Of a DNA stretch of 64,000 nt, positions 22,937-31,441 are shown piece after piece. The position numbers were made by a program, and so were the translations under genes. This stretch comes from Mycoavidus cysteinexigens. Its GTDB lineage: Bacteria; Pseudomonadota; Gammaproteobacteria; Burkholderiales; Burkholderiaceae. The stretch lies in the NCBI GenBank assembly GCA_031963415.1, contig JASSUI010000002.1:29478-93477 (forward strand), written 5' to 3'. Below the pieces are notes generated by a model, which made no database searches, was not told where the DNA came from, and saw nothing but the letters and a program-made list of their open reading frames with translations. How positions within the stretch are numbered: position 1 is the first letter of the stretch; each line of letters starts with the position of its first letter.

Positions 22937-23460
22937 AGGTTATGTAGAAAAACCTTTCTTGCTTCATCGCGAGAGTATTGTTCTACATATACTTTCAACT
23001 CATTTATCAGCTGATCATAAGCCGCTTTGGCTTTGTCAGTCTGACCAGCAAGAACATAAGCTCTAGCTTCGGCTCGCCTAACTTCTGGTGGCACGACGAC
23101 TGACGAAGTTTGGACTGATCCGGACGGATGTGCGGGGGTTCCCCATACGCTGCTAAACACTTTCTGCTCCCAATGGTGAAGAGCGTAAGACTAAGCCTTT
23201 AGATTTTGCATAAGCAGATAGTTATTCTATGCCTACAGAATAAAAAAAAGTGGGATTTTTTACTCAACAGCATGAGGAGCAACCCTGATTTTTACCAAAT
23301 CTTTTATTTCCCCTAAGGCACAGCGCATAGTGGAGTTTCGTTAGACGTAGCGTAATTTATCGATTTTTCTTGAAATTTAATGAAATCTGAATTTTGGTTT
23401 GACAATCGTTATCAACCATACATTTTTATGCTGGACATTTTTTCTTAAAAATGGTAATTT

Positions 23461-23475
23461 TGTTCAAAATGAACA
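23461..23475. promoter_or_regulatory. Candidate operator upstream of the Phd/PIN operon
   Basis: A palindrome TGTTCA-aaa-TGAACA lies 16 nt upstream of the ATG and just before the RBS GGAGGA. Confidence 0.4.
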
Positions 23476-23490
23476 TTTCTGGAGGAATGT

Positions 23491-23742
23491 ATGCGCATAG
23501 TAACGGCCACCGAGGCCAAACACCACTTTGCCAGCGTCATCGAAGCCGCATCTCGTGAACCTGTAAAAATTCAAAGCCATAAGCGTGATATAGCTGTTGT
23601 CATATCTATGCAAGAATACGAACGCTTGGCAAATTTCACCAAAACAGAATTTCAGAGGTTTTGCGATCAGGTAGGCACGGCTTCTGAGAAAGCAGGAATG
23701 ACAGAAGAAAAACTGGCGGAGTTATTAGCCAGTGAAGAATGA
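23491..23742 (+). CDS. Phd/YefM-family antitoxin
   Basis: The N-terminus MRIVTATEAKHHFASVIEAASREPVKIQSHKRDIAVVISMQEYERL is typical of Phd/YefM. The gene overlaps the downstream PIN gene. Confidence 0.8.
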   Translation: MRIVTATEAKHHFASVIEAASREPVKIQSHKRDIAVVISMQEYERLANFTKTEFQRFCDQVGTASEKAGMTEEKLAELLASEE

Positions 23743-24145
23743 CCGCAAATTAGTATTAGATACCAACGTACTAATTAGCCGTTTGCTGTTTCCTAGCGGG
23801 GTTGCTGCAAAGGCAGTTGATCATGCATTGGAATGGGGCCTGCCTTTAATGTCAGAAGAAACTTTATCTGAATTAACTGAGGTACTGTCACGTCCCAAAT
23901 TCTCCAAATATATATCCATTCAGGATCGCCAACACTTCATTCGATTATTAGGTGGGGTTGTGCGAATTGTGCCTATTACTCATCGTATCACTGCCTGCCG
24001 CGATCCTAAGGACGATAAATTTTTACACGTTGCACTCAATGGCAATGCGCAAGTCATTGTGACGGGAGATGCAGATTTGTTAGTGCTCCAACCATTTCAC
24101 GGTATTGCTATCGTTAATCCTCAGACATTTTTGAGGATGACCTAA
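23732..24145 (+). CDS. PIN-domain toxin (VapC-like)
   Basis: It carries LVLDTNVLISRLL near the N-terminus and acidic residues further along (..DPKDDKFL.., VTGDADLL). It is translationally coupled to the antitoxin gene. Confidence 0.75.
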   Translation: MKNDRKLVLDTNVLISRLLFPSGVAAKAVDHALEWGLPLMSEETLSELTEVLSRPKFSKYISIQDRQHFIRLLGGVVRIVPITHRITACRDPKDDKFLHVALNGNAQVIVTGDADLLVLQPFHGIAIVNPQTFLRMT

Positions 24146-24151
24146 GGCAAG

Positions 24152-24466
24152 CTAAATAGCGGCGAGTCGATTTACAGTATCCGGATAACGCTCAACCAGT
24201 CGAATTAGCAATGCTGCTTGAGCATTAGGCTTTGCTCTACCTTGTTCCCAATTTTATAACGTGCGAGGGTTGGTTCGTAGGTAACGGGCAAAAACGCCTC
24301 GAGATAAATGTAGGCTCTCACGCAATTGAACAAGCTCTTCAGCGATGATGTGAGGAGCCGGTGCTATTTCGACCACATGCTGACGTAAAGTAATTTTACC
24401 TTCACGATGGGCTGTTAAAGCTTCAAATCCTTTAGACAATTCAGCGAATAAATTTCGTTTCGTCAT
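24152..24466 (-). pseudogene. XRE/HigA-like HTH antitoxin with an in-frame TAA
   Basis: ORF 24254..24466 ends ..RYLRTNPRTL at a TAA. The same frame then continues NWEQGRAKPNAQAALLIRLVERYPDTVNRLAAI to TAG at 24152, which is the canonical continuation of this HTH family. Confidence 0.7.
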
Positions 24467-24597
24467 TTTGACCTCTTCTCAATCTCGTTGCGGAGCATAT
24501 TAGCTAATAATTTTTGCTCTTTCGGCGTTAGGTCAGCCATTTCATCTTTGTCATAAAGTGTAAACAGCCAAAATTGGTGTTCTCTCTTCCACCAATA
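24463..24597 (-). pseudogene. C-terminal remnant of a RelE/HigB-like toxin, truncated by the IS200/IS605 end
   Basis: The frame reads YWWKREHQFWLFTLYDKDEMADLTPKEQKLLANMLRNEIEKRSK and its stop overlaps the antitoxin start (ATGA). The N-terminal part is absent upstream of 24597. Confidence 0.6.
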
Positions 24598-25116
24598 CTA
24601 AACAACCACCGGCTAAAGCCGGTGGGTTTGAATAACGGACTGAAAGTCCGGATACGCGTCGACTTAACGACGCGTCTTAATCTGGCTCCATCTGAAAATT
24701 GTCATTTACGTTAGGTTCAAAATGGTGTTCCAAATACTGTTTAACCATCTCTTCCGTCATTTGACCTACCGTCGCACAAAAATAGCCTCGTGCCCAAAAA
24801 TGCTGGCCCCAATAGCGTTTCTTAATATGCGCAAACTCTTCAAACAATTTACTCGAGGTACGCCCCTTAATCCGCCTCATAATTTCACTTGGTGCCAATT
24901 CAGGGGGACAGCTCACCAGAATATGCACATGGTCTTGGCTAACCACTCCTCGAATTATCTTTATCTCAAACGCTTCACACGTCTGACGCACCAACTTTCT
25001 TACCCTTTCCGCTACTTCCCCTCTCAACACTTTGTAGCGGTACTTCGTCACCCATACAAAATGATATTCAATCTGATAAACCGTATGGCTCCCATATCTA
25101 TATCCCATGTCGCACC
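24598..25116 (-). mobile_element. IS200/IS605-family element, 5' end cut off by IS1 copy A
   Basis: The tnpA gene is followed by three subterminal hairpins at 24605..24676 (CCACCGGC/GCCGGTGG, CGGAC/GTCCG, GACGCGTCG/CGACGCGTC). Only 8 nt separate the tnpA start from the IS1 end. Confidence 0.7.
24677..25108 (-). CDS. tnpA: IS200/IS605 Y1 (HUH) transposase TnpA
   Basis: The 143-aa protein has the HUH motif HVHILVS and a conserved C-terminal Tyr region (MVKQYLEHH). Its N-terminus is YQIEYHFVWVTKYR. Confidence 0.9.
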   Translation of the reverse strand: MGYRYGSHTVYQIEYHFVWVTKYRYKVLRGEVAERVRKLVRQTCEAFEIKIIRGVVSQDHVHILVSCPPELAPSEIMRRIKGRTSSKLFEEFAHIKKRYWGQHFWARGYFCATVGQMTEEMVKQYLEHHFEPNVNDNFQMEPD

Positions 25117-25900
25117 GAGAGTGTTATTTAAAAGATAGATGAGAATTTTTCCCGCCAATTTGCATAATTGTCAGGCGAAGCCAAGAAATGCTGAATGCGC
25201 AAAGATAAATCCACCATGAGCACAGACTTTGAAACGACCTTAGTGCGTCGAGTCATTCTTGCCAGAAAATGCCGTGTATTCGAATTATCTTGCTCAATGG
25301 CTGTCGTATGGGCTTTGCCAATTGTGTGCTGCTGGGCAGGGAGCACTTTTCGATACACATCCCATTCATCGGTGAAATAGTGAGCGCCCAAGTGTTTAAC
25401 TTTGTCATAGAGCCGTCTAAAGGTCTGAGCGTCGCGACGACCGATGACCCAAGCGATGCACTTCCTGGAGGAATGATCTAAGGCTTTCCATATCCACCAT
25501 TTGTTTTTTTTTAGACTGCACAAAATGCCACATTTCATCAAACTCAATCGCTTCTATCTTTTCGGGAAGGGCAGGTTCAGGCAGCTCATTACCCGCTTGT
25601 TTCACCCACATATAGACTGTCCTGCGGCTTGTCTTGAGCAAACGCGCAATCATGCCGTAGCTGCACTTCATCGTCCCATACAGCATTACCGCCAGGGCTT
25701 TCACTTCTTCCGGATAGCCTCGGTTTTGTCTTTTATCTGCCCGAACAAAGTTGTACTCGCAGCTTTTACAGTAGTATCGTTGTTGGTTTCTTACTTTGCC
25801 ATTCTTGACAACAGCACTCCTATCCCCACAGCGTTTGCAATTGATCATCTTCAGTAGAGGAAGTGAATTTTTAGAAATCTATTTATAGAATAACACTCTC
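25117..25900 (-). mobile_element. IS1-family element, copy A (no target-site duplication)
   Basis: The element is 784 bp long with terminal IRs GAGAGTGTTATT. Its internal ORFs are identical to copy B (42538..43321). The flanks (tgtcgcacc / aaaaaaaata) do not match. Confidence 0.85.
25128..25848 (-). CDS. insAB: IS1 InsA/InsB-type transposase in two overlapping frames
   Basis: InsA-like zinc-finger and HTH segments (CKRCGD..YYCKSCEY, RRTVYMWVKQ) are followed by the DDE part. The reading frame changes at a T9/A9 run (25504..25512). Confidence 0.8.
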
Positions 25901-26011
25901 AAAAAAAATACGCTGTCCGAAGTCACCGTGCAGGCTTTGATTGGCGCTTGTCAAGATGAAGAATGGAGTGTTAGGTCTGCGGTAGCCCGCGCGTTAGAGG
26001 GGCAGATTAAG
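25901..26011 (+). pseudogene. 35-aa relic of a HEAT-repeat (NLR-family) gene between IS1 and IS6
   Basis: It translates as TLSEVTVQALIGACQDEEWSVRSAVARALEGQIK, which is the HEAT-repeat pattern of the paralog family. It is cut on both sides by IS ends. Confidence 0.6.
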
Positions 26012-26819
26012 GGTTCTGTCGCAATAAATGCTGAAGTAGAATATATTGTTGCTAAGAATCCAGAGGTTGATATCGTGAATCTCGAGATTGCCAAGGTACT
26101 CAAACTCCTGCACTATCCGCTAGAAGTAATGCTGACCTGCGTACGTTGGTATGTAGCCTATCCGCTGAGCCTGCGTCATCTCGAAGAAATAATGGCCGAA
26201 CGCGGTATCAGCGTTGACCATTCCACGGTGCATCGCTGGGCAATTAAGCTGCTGCCTGCATTGCAAAAAGTTTTTCGCCGATACAAACGTCAGGTAGGCA
26301 AGAGCGGGCTCATGGACGAGACTTACATCAAGGTTTGCGGCCAATGGAAGTATCTGTATCGTGCCGTCGACAAGCATGGCAACACCATTGATTTCCTGCT
26401 GCGTGCCCAACGTAATACCGCTGCGGCACGGCGCTTTTTCGAAAAGGCCATCGATCAAAACGGTCTCCCTGAGAAAGTGACTATTGACGGGAACACTTCT
26501 AATTTAGCCGCCCTGTCCGACATCAATATCGAGCGGGAGGTGTCCATTACCATCCGAAAAACGAAGTATCTCAATAACATTGTCGAGCAAGATCATCGGG
26601 CCATCAAACGCATTGCCAATCCAATGCTCGGCTTCAAGAACTTTCGCTGTGCGGCCATTCTCTTGGGTGGCATCGAACTTGTACATATGATCGCCAAGGA
26701 GCAACTGCGCTGCAACGAAGGTTCATCCATGTCCGCTGTTCAGCAATTCTATTCTATGGCCGCATAACTTATTTCCAAACAGAGCCTTTGCGAGATGTAC
26801 TTCTTACTGCGACAGAACC
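26012..26819 (+). mobile_element. IS6-family (IS26-like) element
   Basis: Terminal IRs are GGTTCTGTCGCA (26012..) and its reverse complement ending at 26819. The element is 808 bp long. No flanking direct repeat is present. Confidence 0.8.
26075..26767 (+). CDS. IS6-family transposase
   Basis: It carries the motifs CVRWYVAYPLSLRHLEEIMAERGISVDHSTVHRW, DETYIKVCGQWKYLYRAVD and NNIVEQDHRAIK. A GTG start at 26075 is inferred. The ORF in the track (from 25928) fuses it to the HEAT relic. Confidence 0.8.
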   Translation: MNLEIAKVLKLLHYPLEVMLTCVRWYVAYPLSLRHLEEIMAERGISVDHSTVHRWAIKLLPALQKVFRRYKRQVGKSGLMDETYIKVCGQWKYLYRAVDKHGNTIDFLLRAQRNTAAARRFFEKAIDQNGLPEKVTIDGNTSNLAALSDINIEREVSITIRKTKYLNNIVEQDHRAIKRIANPMLGFKNFRCAAILLGGIELVHMIAKEQLRCNEGSSMSAVQQFYSMAA

Positions 26820-26944
26820 AATAATGTAGCCAGCTTAAGAGGGCGGCCGGCAAACGCTTTGTTTTCTGGTTCTGATCGTAATTCTCGTTATTTGCACCTT
26901 ACTGCATAATTTGCTACATTTGTAGTAAATTATGGAGGTAGTCT

Positions 26945-27172
26945 ATGAGCATGCCGGTTCGCATTGAGGATACGTTGTACCAGCAGGCAAAAGTTGATGC
27001 TACAGTCGAGCATCGAACAATTGCGGGTCAGATTGAATTTTGGGCGAAAGTTGGCCGCGCCGCGCTAGATAACCCCGATCTGCCAGCAGGGTTTATCGCG
27101 GAATCGCTGATGTCGATGGCAGAGCCGCGCGAACAGGCTATTCCATTTGTCCCAAGGGTAAATCACGCGTGA
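26945..27172 (+). CDS. ParD-like antitoxin
   Basis: The protein reads MSMPVRIEDTLYQQAKVDATVEHRTIAGQIEFWAKVGRAALDNPDLPAGFI. It overlaps the downstream toxin gene by 4 nt. Confidence 0.7.
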   Translation: MSMPVRIEDTLYQQAKVDATVEHRTIAGQIEFWAKVGRAALDNPDLPAGFIAESLMSMAEPREQAIPFVPRVNHA

Positions 27173-27447
27173 CTTATCAGATCAAGCAGACTCGTAGATT
27201 CGCGCGACAGTACAAAAAGCTCCATGACAACGTGGTTCGGGACGTTAATGATGCCATTGGCGTCATTGCCACCAATCCTGCTGTTGGAGAACGCAAAAAA
27301 GGGGACCTTGCCAGCCTTTGGGTTTACAAATTCCGAAGTCAAGGACAGTTGTTCCTGCTCGGCTACACTGTAGACGATGGCTTTCGACTGATCTATCTTG
27401 AAGCAGTTGGGCCCCACGAGAATTTCTATCGTGATATGAAGCGTTGA
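27169..27447 (+). CDS. RelE/ParE-family toxin
   Basis: The 92-aa protein has QTRRFARQYKKL near its N-terminus and later ..WVYKFRSQGQLFLLGYTVDDGFRLIYLEAVGPHENFY. Confidence 0.75.
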   Translation: MTYQIKQTRRFARQYKKLHDNVVRDVNDAIGVIATNPAVGERKKGDLASLWVYKFRSQGQLFLLGYTVDDGFRLIYLEAVGPHENFYRDMKR

Positions 27448-27551
27448 GCTAGCTTAATTTTGAACGGTTCTTTATATCGAAGAGAACGCTAAGTTAGCGG
27501 GATGCGGTACAACGCTAGTTAAAGAGGTATGGGCCACATACCGCAGACAAA

Positions 27552-27962
27552 TTGAAAAGAGAGAACCCCATGACATCGAACTCAGTCCAAAAACTAGTTG
27601 ATGAACTAGAAACGCAGGCAGTATTTGCCAAGCTAGCGCAAGAGCAAGCAGAACTTAATAAAAAGTTATCAGACACTAAAGCGGCTGGAACAGAAGCCCT
27701 AAAAAGATTACTACCCATTGTTCAAGGTAACAGCGGCCAATGTCGATACGTCGCAAGCTTTCTTTTAAGTTTATATAACAGCTACGAATTTTCATTTGCT
27801 TTAAGCGATTTACGCCGCCTAGATGCAAATATCATAGAAGACTGTTTAACGGTTCTCAGAATGAATTGTTATCCAGGAAAAGAAATATATGAATATGTCG
27901 AGAACGGTCAGCAAATTTTTGAAGATTTAGCAAAAATGTGGAATACCAAAGATCACACGTAG
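27552..27962 (+). CDS. Hypothetical protein (resembles conserved plasmid/ICE-borne hypotheticals)
   Basis: The segment GQCRYVASFLLSLYNSYEFSFALSDLRRLDANIIEDCLTVLRMNCYP resembles, from memory, a family carried on conjugative elements. No function can be read from it. Confidence 0.45.
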   Translation: MKRENPMTSNSVQKLVDELETQAVFAKLAQEQAELNKKLSDTKAAGTEALKRLLPIVQGNSGQCRYVASFLLSLYNSYEFSFALSDLRRLDANIIEDCLTVLRMNCYPGKEIYEYVENGQQIFEDLAKMWNTKDHT

Positions 27963-28283
27963 CTAACAAATAGATGCTGTCCGCAAAAGCCGTAAGACGC
28001 CTTATTGGCGAGTCTGAGAATAATGCATAACTTTCTGTCCTTATAGAATCACTTATCCCCTTATTTCATCAGCATCTCAGCTTAAACAAAGTGCATAGAA
28101 GATTAAAAATTTTTCATACGCACCGCGGGCGGGACTACGTTTTGATAGGTTACACACTACTCTTATCCCGCTCCAAAAATAAGGCATTCTTCTTAGAGAC
28201 TTTTCCCAAGAGATCAGGGCAATATTAGGAGTATTCCTAAATCCTGTTGGTCTGACTTCTTATAGAAGAGAGGGGAAAAATAA

Positions 28284-29720
28284 ATGCCTTTATCTGGAAT
28301 GACTGCGACGGCGCCACAAACCGGCGTATTCCTCTCTGCTTATCAAGAAAAAGCACCGCTACAGAAAAGCAGTGTGCCTATAACAAAAAGCTATATTACA
28401 AAAGAAAATCTCCAACATGCAGTATCAGAAGCATTAAAAGAAGTATTTTCTGATTCAGACTCAGAAAAAACGGCTTATATTTATTATGAAAGTGACGTAA
28501 TTCCTGAGACATATCCTAGTGCGCCCAATGGTGAAAGCCTAACCGATTCAACAGAGGACGCAAACGTTAAGGCTAATGTAGTCGGCTTCTTTGATAGCTT
28601 TACAGGGAAAGCTAAAGAACAGTTTAAATCAACTTTTCCTAATGGCTATGAATTTTTAGAAAAAGTTTTTAATAAAAAAACACATACAGAGAAAGAGGCA
28701 TTTGCTATATTTGATGGCCTTCTTTCATGTTTAAAAAGCCGTGAATATGAGAAGCTGCCGGATTTCGCAAAGCTTTGCGCAGAAACGCCGGATTTGGTAA
28801 GCAATTTAGAGAAGATGGAAACCGACCTTGAAAAGATCAAGGAAGATTTCCATGACAAACTAATTTACCGAAAACTAGAAGATGGCGCATCAAGAGAAGA
28901 AACTGACATCTGGTTAGAGAAACGCAGTAACGTAGAAAATGGATTAGCTTCACTAGAGCCAGGAATAAAGAGTCTTGAAGCAGTTATTAATTCTCTTAAA
29001 GAAGGCTTACCCTCTGAAAAGAAATCTTTTAGTATTAGGATGTTTACAGGCCTTTTATCTGGCATTAGATATATTATTGGTTTTTTAGGGGGGGTTGGCG
29101 CTCCTCTATTTTTCAGCTCTCATCTTAGTAATCTCGGCTTTGAAACAAAGCAATATTTTCTAAAGCAGAAAATCAGAGAGTGGGAAAATTTTAAAAAGCC
29201 ATTAGATAAATTAAGTAAAAAGAATCCTCTATTGGAGAAAGAAGTGATTAATGGAGTCCTGTTACAGCAGCATCGCGCCCAGACGCAGCAGATGGCCGCA
29301 GCAGATAAGCAGGCCGATGCGATTAAAGCGCTGACTATAACGCAAACTAATGCGCAGCTAGCTCTTAATCAGCAAGCCCTGGATATTCAACAAGCCAAAG
29401 ATGACGCCGCGGCTGCACGAAAAGCAGCTGAAGACTCTAATAAAGAAATTAAACGATTTATTTCTTCAGCCACGCCTTTTGTTGACCAATTTAAAGAACG
29501 TAGAGATTCAACTCACTCGACCGACTCTGGTTATCTCTCTTCTAGTCCAGAAGATGCGCCGATAAGTCGTAAAGAAGTTGATGCGATGTTAAAGCGGCAG
29601 GCGGAACAGCATGCTCTAGAGAAGGCAGAAATTAAAAGCGAATTGCAAGAAACTAAAGAACTCCTAAAAGGTTTATACACCCTTATACAGAGTGGAAATG
29701 GCAAACTAAATTTAGTGTAA
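28284..29720 (+). CDS. Hypothetical coiled-coil protein with a central hydrophobic hairpin
   Basis: The 478-aa protein has a hydrophobic stretch FTGLLSGIRYIIGFLGGVGAPLFFSS. Long Q/A/K/E-rich helical segments occupy the C-terminal half. A terminator follows the gene. Confidence 0.55.
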   Translation: MPLSGMTATAPQTGVFLSAYQEKAPLQKSSVPITKSYITKENLQHAVSEALKEVFSDSDSEKTAYIYYESDVIPETYPSAPNGESLTDSTEDANVKANVVGFFDSFTGKAKEQFKSTFPNGYEFLEKVFNKKTHTEKEAFAIFDGLLSCLKSREYEKLPDFAKLCAETPDLVSNLEKMETDLEKIKEDFHDKLIYRKLEDGASREETDIWLEKRSNVENGLASLEPGIKSLEAVINSLKEGLPSEKKSFSIRMFTGLLSGIRYIIGFLGGVGAPLFFSSHLSNLGFETKQYFLKQKIREWENFKKPLDKLSKKNPLLEKEVINGVLLQQHRAQTQQMAAADKQADAIKALTITQTNAQLALNQQALDIQQAKDDAAAARKAAEDSNKEIKRFISSATPFVDQFKERRDSTHSTDSGYLSSSPEDAPISRKEVDAMLKRQAEQHALEKAEIKSELQETKELLKGLYTLIQSGNGKLNLV

Positions 29721-29734
29721 AAAATTTATCAAAA

Positions 29735-29768
29735 GGCCCTAGGCAATAAACCTAGGGCCTTCTTTATT
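29735..29768 (+). terminator. Rho-independent terminator
   Basis: The stem GGCCCTAGG-caataaa-CCTAGGGCC is followed by TTCTTTATT and preceded by AAAA. Confidence 0.7.
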
Positions 29769-30059
29769 AGCTAAATTATCTCCAAACCTTAGCGAGGCAG
29801 ATAAGCCTCTGTCCTCGTTTCAAACGAAACAAGGATAAAGCAGTACGTACAAGGGCTCATCTCTTGGTGGGCCACATCGCTTAAGAAGGGTAAGACAGAT
29901 GCCTGCGCTCGCTGGAGTGAGCGTAAGCCGAAACGGTGCAGGAGATTAGCAGTGCCATTTGAACTAAAAATCTGCCCTGAGCTAAGAACAACTCAGCTTT
30001 TTAAAGCTTCATAACACAAAAGGCCCAATTGATGTGCGCCCCGGAAGTTGGACGGTGGA

Positions 30060-30872
30060 TTAAGCGGCCTTTAAGGACTGATTTCTGTACTCTACAGGAC
30101 TCAGTCCTTTTAATTTCATCTTGATTCGTTCATGGTTGTAATAGTGAATATATTCTTTCACTTGTCTTTCCAAATCATCAATTGAAGCGAACTGCTCACC
30201 ATGAAAGCACTCTGACTTCAATAGACCAAAAAAGCTTTCCATTGCCGCATTATCCAAGCAATTTCCTTTGCGGGACATGCTTTGAATTAATCCATGTTTT
30301 TCAAGCTGCTGCTGATAGTAGCTCATTTGATATTGCCACCCCTGATCTGAATGAATGATGGGCTTCTCATTTGTTTTGAGGTTTTTCAGTGCATCTTTGA
30401 GCATATCTTTGACTAGACCGAACATTGGCTTACGCTGTGTTTGGAATGCAATAATCTCTCCATTAAACAAATCCATAACGGGTGATAGATAAAGTTTTTC
30501 ACCGCGCACATTAAACTCCGTGACGTCAGTTACCCATTTCTGATTAGGCCGATCTGCCTCGAATTGGCGTTGCAGGACATTATTGGCAACTTTGCCGATC
30601 TCGCCCTTATACGAGCGATATTTGACGGTTCTCATGCGTGATTTAAGTCCTAATATCTGCATAAGACGCCGAACACATTTATGGTTCACGGTTATCCCTG
30701 AACACTGTAGAGCAAGTGTAATTCTCCGATAGCCATACCGACCTTTATGCTCGTGGTAAATGGCCTGGATCTGTTGTTTTAGTCCACTGTATTTATCACC
30801 AGCTTTAGCAAGCTTCTCATGATAAAAGTAGGTGCTACGAGCCATTTGTGATGCACGTAATAAAAGCTTCAA
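30060..30872 (-). CDS. IS3 OrfB (DDE integrase domain), normally made as an OrfAB fusion
   Basis: It carries the motifs WVTDVTEF, HSDQGWQY and NCLDNAAMESFF. The frame is open upstream back to the slippery site. Confidence 0.9.
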   Translation of the reverse strand: MKLLLRASQMARSTYFYHEKLAKAGDKYSGLKQQIQAIYHEHKGRYGYRRITLALQCSGITVNHKCVRRLMQILGLKSRMRTVKYRSYKGEIGKVANNVLQRQFEADRPNQKWVTDVTEFNVRGEKLYLSPVMDLFNGEIIAFQTQRKPMFGLVKDMLKDALKNLKTNEKPIIHSDQGWQYQMSYYQQQLEKHGLIQSMSRKGNCLDNAAMESFFGLLKSECFHGEQFASIDDLERQVKEYIHYYNHERIKMKLKGLSPVEYRNQSLKAA

Positions 30873-30898
30873 AGGGTAATGTTGCCTTAATTCAGATA

Positions 30899-31441
30899 TC
30901 AGTCTTGCCGTCGCTGCTGCTCGGCTTGTTCCTGCTCTCTTTGTTTCTGAATCAAGGCTCTCCGCTTTTTTAGGAAGGCCACCTCAGCGCGTAAATACTC
31001 TAATTCCTCAAGCAGTTCATCTCGGGTTTTACTACGGTCTGATTCCGATAACTGTGTTTTGGGTATCTTAGGCTTAGGCATACTCTTGGGGCGTCCACGA
31101 GGTCTAGGTTTTAAACCATCTATACCGTGTTTACGATATTGATTCAACCATGTGCAAACCATACCCGCTTCACGTAACTTAAAGCGGTATAAAGCCTCTG
31201 TGATAGATAGCCCCTGTTCAATTATGGATAAAACAACTTCTTTCTTAAATTCAAATGTATATGTCTGTTTGGGTTTAGGTTTCAAACCTTCTTCACCAAA
31301 AATAGCGTCAATATCCATCCATTTGCCCACAACACTTCCATGCAGGCTAAATTGAGCAGCTGTACGCTTTCGTCCACAGTGATGATCTAAGCCGTATTGA
31401 ATGACTTTAAGTTTAAACTCTTGCGAATATTTAGCCATCAA
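30899..31441 (-). CDS. IS3 OrfA (HTH, leucine zipper)
   Basis: The N-terminus is MAKYSQEFKLKVIQ. A C-terminal coiled coil reads LEELEYLRAEVAFLKK. Confidence 0.9.
   Translation of the reverse strand: MMAKYSQEFKLKVIQYGLDHHCGRKRTAAQFSLHGSVVGKWMDIDAIFGEEGLKPKPKQTYTFEFKKEVVLSIIEQGLSITEALYRFKLREAGMVCTWLNQYRKHGIDGLKPRPRGRPKSMPKPKIPKTQLSESDRSKTRDELLEELEYLRAEVAFLKKRRALIQKQREQEQAEQQRRQD
30965..30971 (-). other. Programmed -1 frameshift heptamer A_AAA_AAG of the IS3 element
   Basis: The OrfA frame reads CTA AAA AAG. The -1 frame continues ..ISELRQHYPLKLLLRASQMARSTYFY into OrfB. Confidence 0.8.

Larger units (their letters stand above)
14117..23160 (-). pseudogene. NLR-like NACHT-HEAT gene split into three pieces by IS110 and IS256 insertions
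   Basis: The pieces are 22931..23160 (GTG start, RBS GGGAG), 15810..21296 and 14117..14459. Removing both IS elements and one copy of each junction repeat gives one open frame of 6060 nt (2019 aa). Walker A is GRPGSGKST (about 19340..19366) and Walker B is LFILDGLDEV. About 21 HEAT-like repeats of 35 aa follow. Confidence 0.85.

Noticed and set aside
22894-23160. An 88-aa stand-alone TPR-like ORF.
   Set aside because: It is the 5' fragment of the NLR gene split by IS110. Its last ~12 codons and its stop lie inside the IS110 end.
25928-26767. A single 279-aa ORF in the track.
   Set aside because: It is a chimera. The first ~28 codons are a HEAT-repeat relic outside the IS6 inverted repeat (the IR starts at 26012). 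The transposase proper probably starts at GTG 26075.
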